A DNA stretch of 40,472 bases from IMG/VR virus record IMGVR_UViG_3300037467_002956, positions 1 to 40,472 of that record. One strand, given 5' to 3'. Source of the DNA: a virus. Its lineage: Duplodnaviria > Caudoviricetes. The notes beneath the pieces are model-generated. The model worked only from the letters and a program-made list of their open reading frames with translations. It was not told where the DNA came from and searched no databases. Below, one piece after another: positions 34,996 to 40,472 of the stretch (its first letter is position 1; each line of letters opens with the position of its first letter). A program made the position numbers and the translations under genes.

Positions 34996-35495
34996 TCCGC
35001 AGCCGCGGTGGCATCCTCTGCGGGCGGGTTGAGGGTGAAGCCTAGTTCTGCCAGACGCGCGAGCGTTTCTTCATTGGAGCGGTGAAGAATTCCGACGCCG
35101 CCAGCCGCTCGCCACTTCTTGATGTTCTTATACATATCGTCCACGAGCACATCACCAGGGGCGGCCATGAACGTCGCCTTATCGCGGGACAGGCAGCAGA
35201 CGACATCCTCGTGGTTGAAGTTTGTCTTCCACCATTCCTTCTTGTGTAGGACAGCGTTGTCGAAGTTCATCTTCGGGCAGCCGGTGAGGACCGTCGGGCC
35301 CAGGTGCTTGACCGCGTCCCACAACTCGAAGGCGCCGGGCATCGGTGGCATGCTTGGCCACCACGCGGGGTACGCGTGGATCATCGCCCACATGTCGTCG
35401 TCGCGCAGGTCTCGGGGGAAGCTACCGAAGTTGTTGAAGCAGTGCTGATCGAAGTGAGCAAAGACCCCATCGGAGTCCAAAAACAGTTTAGGCAT
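34992..35495 (-). CDS. HAD-family 5'(3')-deoxyribonucleotidase-like protein
   Basis: LFLDSDGVFAHF (DxDGV), MPGA, VLTG, K..W and VLVDD...N...W..AGG motifs. Confidence 0.85.
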   Translation of the reverse strand: MPKLFLDSDGVFAHFDQHCFNNFGSFPRDLRDDDMWAMIHAYPAWWPSMPPMPGAFELWDAVKHLGPTVLTGCPKMNFDNAVLHKKEWWKTNFNHEDVVCCLSRDKATFMAAPGDVLVDDMYKNIKKWRAAGGVGILHRSNEETLARLAELGFTLNPPAEDATAAAE

Positions 35496-35577
35496 AACGA
35501 TTTTATATCAGTGAGCTTAGATTGTAGCACAACAGCATCGCCCGTTGCGACGACTTGTCTATATTATTAGCGCTGTT

Positions 35578-35826
35578 TTAGGCTAACGTGTCCCACCGCA
35601 ACGCAAATGCCGCGGCGTCGTCCTCGCCGAAGACGTAAACGTACATACCCAGGTGGCCGTCGAGGTAGACCTTGATCTCGTTCTCCTCGATCCAGGCCCT
35701 GGCCTCGCCGACGAACACGTACCTATTCTCGACGTCGATCCAGGCGACGTAACGGCACAACTCACGCGAGATGCAGAACCGATGAGCCGTTATCTTGGGG
35801 AGGTTTTCTTCAGACGGGTCGCCCAT
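35578..35826 (-). CDS. small protein, EDDA C-terminal family
   Basis: Ends YVFGEDDAAAFALRW. Confidence 0.7.
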   Translation of the reverse strand: MGDPSEENLPKITAHRFCISRELCRYVAWIDVENRYVFVGEARAWIEENEIKVYLDGHLGMYVYVFGEDDAAAFALRWDTLA

Positions 35827-35829
35827 CTC

Positions 35830-36178
35830 TCAAGCGTATTTCAGCATGAAGAGGGCGGCATCATCCTCGTTAGAGAAGCCTATGATGAGACCCAAGCTGT
35901 GCTCATACTCGTGAAATTCGTCCAGATTTTCCTGGGCCCAACACCAGACGTCATACCGCAGCTCTGTCGTAATGATCGGGTCGCCACCGCCGATGTCGTA
36001 CATGACATTGTGTGAGATCGTGGAACTCCTTCGTCACAATCACCTCATTTCCCGGCGACTCGTACATCAGAGGTCTGTAGCCGTATTGCAAAAGCCCCTC
36101 ACTGACGGTGATGGCGCACATACCCGCGGGCAGCGCCTGCGGTCTCGCGCCGGGCACGACGATATTTTCGTAGTCCAT
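35830..36178 (-). pseudogene. apparently frameshifted EDDA-family gene (or two overlapping small ORFs)
   Basis: 5' part MDYENIVV... from ATG 36178; the 3' part in the +1 frame (36003..35830) reads MYDIGGGDP...IGFSNEDDAALFMLKYA. Confidence 0.45.
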
Positions 36179-36283
36179 ACAGGAGGATATCACGGACCGG
36201 CCCCACGGCGGGCTCAATTTGGGTCGTGATTAGTTGACGCCTTTGGGTCGACCCGTACCCTTCAATGATCTACGGAGAGCCCC

Positions 36284-38353
36284 ATGCAGCACGTCGAGCG
36301 CATTACCGAAATCTACAACCGGCTGTCGGGCGTTGATCCCGACAAGTCGCCCGATCAGCAGGATTACTACGTTGGGGATCGATTGAAGGCGCTCCTGCGA
36401 GCCCAGGAGATCGAGCCGACCAACGCGCTGTTCCTGATGCTGCTCGAAGAGCAGGTCGAGGGTCTTCTCGCCAAGGCATCGGTGACGGCCGCCGCCTACC
36501 TGAAGGACCCGAGCGCCTTCGATCGGATCATCGCCGATGCGCGCGAGATCCGGGCCCTCTTGGACGATCCCGGTGTCCGCGAGGAACAGAGCTACCTGCG
36601 GGAGACGATGATGTCGGCCCTGCGCCACTACGGGGCGGCCGAGCGGGACGACGTCAAGGAACTGGTCGAGGCGCCCTACGCCGTCGCTCACCTGTGGCGA
36701 GACGCCCTCAACACGATGATCCCGGACGAGCGCGGCCGGTCCACGCTGGAAGTCCACCAGTTTCGCCAGGGCGAGCCCGAGACGACGAAGCCGCGCTACG
36801 TGCGGGACGTTCTCGGCTTCTGGACGATCAACGATGCCCTGCGGCTGGCGCTGACGATGCCGTCGGGCATCGCCATGTGCATGATCCGGGACAACGAGGC
36901 GATCCACTCCTACTTCGCCTTCCTGATCCGCAACGGCGGCACCATCACCGTTGTTACCGACCGCTCGCGGTATGCCCACCCGCTGGCGCGGCAGCGATCG
37001 CGGCGGCCGGATCGGGAACTTGACCGCCGCATGGCGCGCTCGTGGTTCCCCTACGAGCTGCTGAAGATCCAGTACCTGACGGACGAGGATGGTGAGGTGG
37101 TCGGCCTCAATGTTCCTCGCCAGGAAGGCATCATCCCCCAGCAGCAGCGGGCCTTCCGAGTGAAGCCGATCTCTGCGATCGGGGCAGCCGAGATCGCCTG
37201 GACGGCGTTCATGTTCGCGCTCCTGACCAAGCGGTTCTTCGTCGAGGATCAGAAGACCGAGACCGTTTCCTACACCGGCGAGATGGTCGAGGTGCCGCTG
37301 GCGCTCGAAGCCGCTGCCTATGCCGCGGGCCTGCCCGACCTCGTGCGCCCGACGGTCCCGCTCGCCGCTCCGCACCTGACCTCGGCTGCCCTGAACACCG
37401 CGACGATCGCTGAGGCCGCGTCGACCCGCAAGCCCGTGGGCCACAACGCGTGGATGGAGGTCCGCTACGGCGCCCAGGTACCCGACGAGGTGCTGAACTC
37501 GGTCGCGGCGCCCTCTCTTGAGGTCAAGCACTTGTTCGAGGACGGCACGATCTCCAGCGTCCGTGAGATGCCGAACACGCCGAGCTGGGATCGGGGTCCG
37601 CCCAAGAATGCCGCCGGGGCGGTGTCGCTGGGCAAGATCCACGACCTCGACGCCTCCACCTTCGGATCCGCCCAGGAGGTTTTGGCAGACCGCGCGTGGC
37701 TCGCACGGCACAATCAGGCGGAGTTCATCGAGCGGCTGGCCAAGCGGGAGTTCAAGGCGCGCCGTGCTGAGATCGAGGCGTGGTGGGAAGGCGTGATCAA
37801 GGCCCGTACGCCTGAACTGCTCAAGGCGGCCTTCGCCGGAACCTTCGTCCGGAGCACCCAAGGGCCAGGGTCGAACGGCTTCGAGGTCGGCAAGCCCGCG
37901 GGCGGACGGGGGCAGGAAGAGATCCTGTCAGTTGGCCTGTGGGATCCTCGGGGGCGCAGCGTCTACGACCCGCAAGACGCACTGACGGTCGGCGAGCCTA
38001 TCACCCGCGAAGGCAAGCACAGCACCCTGCGCACCGGCAAATTCCGCTGCGTGGTCACCGACCGGCCCGCCACCCACTTTGCCACCTTCGCGCCGCAGAC
38101 GGCCGAAGACCTTGCGGCGATCGCCGGGATCCGCGTCGACGAGCTGCCCGACGTCCTTCAGCACTGGGCGCTCCGGGAGCCCTACACCGGCAACTCGATC
38201 CTCGACCGGCTCGATCCGCTGGACGACATCGACAACCCCTGGCGCAAGCTCACCTTCCGGACCTCGTTCCACCTGAGCAGCTTCGCCTTCCCGGAGGACA
38301 GCCCGTTCCACCGCTCGAAGATGAAGATCAAGACACCCGAGCAGGCCGACTGA
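36284..38353 (+). CDS. large hypothetical protein
   Basis: 689 aa, GGAGAG SD, GC3-rich; no motif recognised. Confidence 0.85.
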   Translation: MQHVERITEIYNRLSGVDPDKSPDQQDYYVGDRLKALLRAQEIEPTNALFLMLLEEQVEGLLAKASVTAAAYLKDPSAFDRIIADAREIRALLDDPGVREEQSYLRETMMSALRHYGAAERDDVKELVEAPYAVAHLWRDALNTMIPDERGRSTLEVHQFRQGEPETTKPRYVRDVLGFWTINDALRLALTMPSGIAMCMIRDNEAIHSYFAFLIRNGGTITVVTDRSRYAHPLARQRSRRPDRELDRRMARSWFPYELLKIQYLTDEDGEVVGLNVPRQEGIIPQQQRAFRVKPISAIGAAEIAWTAFMFALLTKRFFVEDQKTETVSYTGEMVEVPLALEAAAYAAGLPDLVRPTVPLAAPHLTSAALNTATIAEAASTRKPVGHNAWMEVRYGAQVPDEVLNSVAAPSLEVKHLFEDGTISSVREMPNTPSWDRGPPKNAAGAVSLGKIHDLDASTFGSAQEVLADRAWLARHNQAEFIERLAKREFKARRAEIEAWWEGVIKARTPELLKAAFAGTFVRSTQGPGSNGFEVGKPAGGRGQEEILSVGLWDPRGRSVYDPQDALTVGEPITREGKHSTLRTGKFRCVVTDRPATHFATFAPQTAEDLAAIAGIRVDELPDVLQHWALREPYTGNSILDRLDPLDDIDNPWRKLTFRTSFHLSSFAFPEDSPFHRSKMKIKTPEQAD

Positions 38354-38357
38354 AAGG

Positions 38358-38753
38358 TCAGCCCGCCGTCTGAGGCACCCGGTACATCGTCCGCGAGCCC
38401 TGGAAGCCGAACTGGCTGTACCAGCTATCGAGGTCGAGAACCGGGTTGTCCCATGTCCGCAGAACCAGGGTCACGCCCATGGTGTCGGCAAGCCCGCACA
38501 GGACCTCCATGGTCTTCGTGCCCAGGCCCTGACCCTGCTCGTCCTCGTCGACCGAGATGTTGTCGATCTCGACCATGTGCGGCAGATCGGCGAAACCGTG
38601 GATGTTATCGTCGACCAGCGAGAGACTGACGTTCTCAAGCTCCGGTATAGCATCCAACTCGGAATAGGCACGGTCGATATAGGCTGCGGTTATGTCGTCG
38701 CCCTTCTGGCCGGAAGCCTCGCAGACGAGATCGATGTACTTGCGGATGTTCAT
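38358..38753 (-). CDS. GNAT-family acetyltransferase, late-expressed, putative head-packaged
   Basis: ISVDEDEQGQGLG acetyl-CoA loop, WYSQFGF; TAAATA 7 nt before ATG; MNIRKYIDLVCE N-terminus. Confidence 0.8.
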   Translation of the reverse strand: MNIRKYIDLVCEASGQKGDDITAAYIDRAYSELDAIPELENVSLSLVDDNIHGFADLPHMVEIDNISVDEDEQGQGLGTKTMEVLCGLADTMGVTLVLRTWDNPVLDLDSWYSQFGFQGSRTMYRVPQTAG

Positions 38754-38760
38754 AACGCGG

Positions 38761-38766
38761 TATTTA
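38761..38766 (-). promoter_or_regulatory. late promoter TAAATA
   Basis: gaTAAATAccgcgttATG on the minus strand. Confidence 0.7.
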
Positions 38767-38905
38767 TCGGCCCCACATCAGGCTGCATCGCTGTCAGGAA
38801 CACTCTGATAATCCCAAGCGTCGCTTTCGTACCCGGAACGCCCGAGAACTAACACCGGGCGGCAGACGATGCACAAACCATCTTCCGGCGCAGGCCAGAC
38901 TCGTG

Positions 38906-38920
38906 TACGAAAATTTCGTC
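38906..38920. promoter_or_regulatory. palindromic operator-like motif TACGAAAATTTCGTC
   Basis: Immediately upstream of the GGGAGG SD of pyrF. Confidence 0.6.
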
Positions 38921-38939
38921 ACACGGGAGGGTCGCACCT

Positions 38940-39713
38940 ATGACCGCAGCTTTACAGGAACAATCAAGCATACAGCTCCAACTCGGACGCCGTCGGCGAC
39001 CGGTGTTGGAGCCCCGAGAACGGCTGATCCTCGCGCTCGACACCGAGGATCTTCAGACGGCTGATCGGCTGGCCGGGAACCTCCGGGGCTATGTCGGCGG
39101 CTTCAAGATCGGCCACAAGCTCCTGTACCGGGGCGGCCTTGAACTCGCGCGCGACCTGTGTCGCCTGAACAAGGTGTTCGTCGACGTGAAGCTGCACGAC
39201 ATCGACAGCACCGTCGAGCAGGGCATCCGCGACATCGCCGAGACCGGCGCGTCGATGGCCACCGTGCACGGCTATCCCAGCAGCGTCGCCGCGGCGCTGC
39301 GGGGCGCGGAGGGCTCCGATCTTCTCGTCCTCGCGGTCACCGTGCTCACGAGCTTCAACGACCGGATGCTGGCCGCGGCCGGATACGCGGGGAGCGTGCA
39401 GGATACCGTGGAGCTGCGGGCCATCCAGGCTGAAGAGGATGGCCGCTACGGCCTCGTGTGCTCGCCTGCCGACCTCACCTTCGTGCGCGAGTGCTTCAGT
39501 GGCATCATCGTCACGCCGGGTGTGCGGCTCTACGGCAACTCTCACGAGCACCAGCGCTTCATGACGCCTCTCGCCGCCGTGGCCGGAGGGTCGGATTACC
39601 TCGTGGTTGGCCGAGAGGTGATCGAGGCGGAGGATCCGGTCGCCGTGCTCACGAGCTACACGGCCTCGATCGCCCATTACGTCCCTGATTTCGTCGAGCT
39701 GATGGGCGCATGA
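38940..39713 (+). CDS. pyrF: orotidine-5'-phosphate decarboxylase
   Basis: LILALD, FKIG, FVDVKLHDI (DxKxxD), TVH, VTVLTS, GLVCS, VTPGVR and VVGR motifs. Confidence 0.93.
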   Translation: MTAALQEQSSIQLQLGRRRRPVLEPRERLILALDTEDLQTADRLAGNLRGYVGGFKIGHKLLYRGGLELARDLCRLNKVFVDVKLHDIDSTVEQGIRDIAETGASMATVHGYPSSVAAALRGAEGSDLLVLAVTVLTSFNDRMLAAAGYAGSVQDTVELRAIQAEEDGRYGLVCSPADLTFVRECFSGIIVTPGVRLYGNSHEHQRFMTPLAAVAGGSDYLVVGREVIEAEDPVAVLTSYTASIAHYVPDFVELMGA

Positions 39714-39943
39714 GCACCCCGCAGCGCCCAGCCGACAGCGAGGCTCTGATCGCCGAGTTGGAGAAGGTAATCCCCAGGGCTGGGCTCTGCGGGTTCGATA
39801 GCCTGGACGAGGCTCTGGATCTTCTCCGGCGGTCTCTGGCACTCGCCAAGAAATACACGGTCGAGCAATCCGAGCACGACCGTGTCATCAACGAGCGCGA
39901 TTACTACAAGAAGCTTTACGAAGAGAATTGCAAGCATTCATGA
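39710..39943 (+). CDS. hypothetical protein
   Basis: 77 aa with ATGA overlaps on both sides. Confidence 0.65.
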   Translation: MSTPQRPADSEALIAELEKVIPRAGLCGFDSLDEALDLLRRSLALAKKYTVEQSEHDRVINERDYYKKLYEENCKHS

Positions 39944-40472
39944 CCAAACCGGCGTTCATCACCTTCACCGGCGTCGACGTCAACACCGACATCGACCGCA
40001 TGGCCGCGCTGTCCTCGCGCTATCCGATCGAGTGGGGCGTGCTGTTCTCGCCCGACCGACAGGGCAAACCTGATCATCCGCGCTACCCGGCGCGTAGCTT
40101 CATCGAGTACCTGCTCGAAGCGGATCTGTCCTTTGCAGCCCATATCTGCGGTGGCCACGCGCGCGAGATCGTCGAGACCGGCGAATGCCCGATCCTGCAC
40201 GACACCCTCTCTCTACGCGGCTTCAAGCGCTTCCAGATCAACACCGCCGACCCCGCTGTCAGCCCGCTTGTGGTCTCGGAGTTCGCCGCCGCGCGGCAGC
40301 CGCAGGGTGGCCGGGCGATCCTGCAATGTCGCGGCCCGTTCCCGGACGATCCGTCCTGCGACTGGCTCTACGACTGCTCCGGAGGTAACGGTGTCGTCCC
40401 CGAGTCGTGGCCTGCCCCGATCAGCACGCCGGGTACGATCGCCTACGCCGGTGGCATCGATCCGGACAACAT
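39940..40472 (+). CDS. phosphoribosylanthranilate-isomerase-like TIM-barrel protein (partial, runs off window)
   Basis: ATG 39940 MTKPAFITFTGVD...EWGVLFS...PRYP...AAHICG...RFQIN...ILQ...LYDCSGGNG...YAGGIDPDN; no stop within the window. Confidence 0.7.
   Translation, partial: MTKPAFITFTGVDVNTDIDRMAALSSRYPIEWGVLFSPDRQGKPDHPRYPARSFIEYLLEADLSFAAHICGGHAREIVETGECPILHDTLSLRGFKRFQINTADPAVSPLVVSEFAAARQPQGGRAILQCRGPFPDDPSCDWLYDCSGGNGVVPESWPAPISTPGTIAYAGGIDPDN

Noticed and set aside
36230-37861. 543-aa minus-strand ORF
   Set aside because: Antisense shadow of 36284..38353.
1-40472. CRISPR array, IS element, integrase or intein
   Set aside because: No regularly spaced repeats, transposase or integrase motifs were seen; the helicase and RtcB have normal lengths with no intein insertion.

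Overview
GC-rich, densely coding segment of a large (jumbo, T4-like-core) tailed phage, probably infecting an alphaproteobacterium (inferred from gene content, not proven). It carries a replication block (gp62-like clamp-loader subunit, a 207-aa DnaE-palm-like protein, gp61-like primase, gp41-like helicase) and late genes behind a TAAATA promoter motif. Several late genes encode putative head-packaged effectors: two ART-like proteins and a GNAT. Other genes include a beta-helix tail spike, nucleotide-metabolism genes (pyrF, HAD nucleotidase, PRAI-like barrel), a DpdA/TGT-like protein and two expanded families of small paralogues. The standout is an RNA-repair/anti-ribotoxin kit: an RtcB2-PrfH operon plus a Ro60/TROVE gene preceded by two tandem Y RNAs sharing one scaffold. 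The larger Y RNA carries, with exact boundaries, a complete circularly permuted 77-nt tRNA (anticodon AUC, encoded CCA). A 15-bp palindrome (GACGAAAWTTTCGTC) recurs at about 8 gene-start regions. All family assignments come from motifs recognised by eye; no database searches were run.
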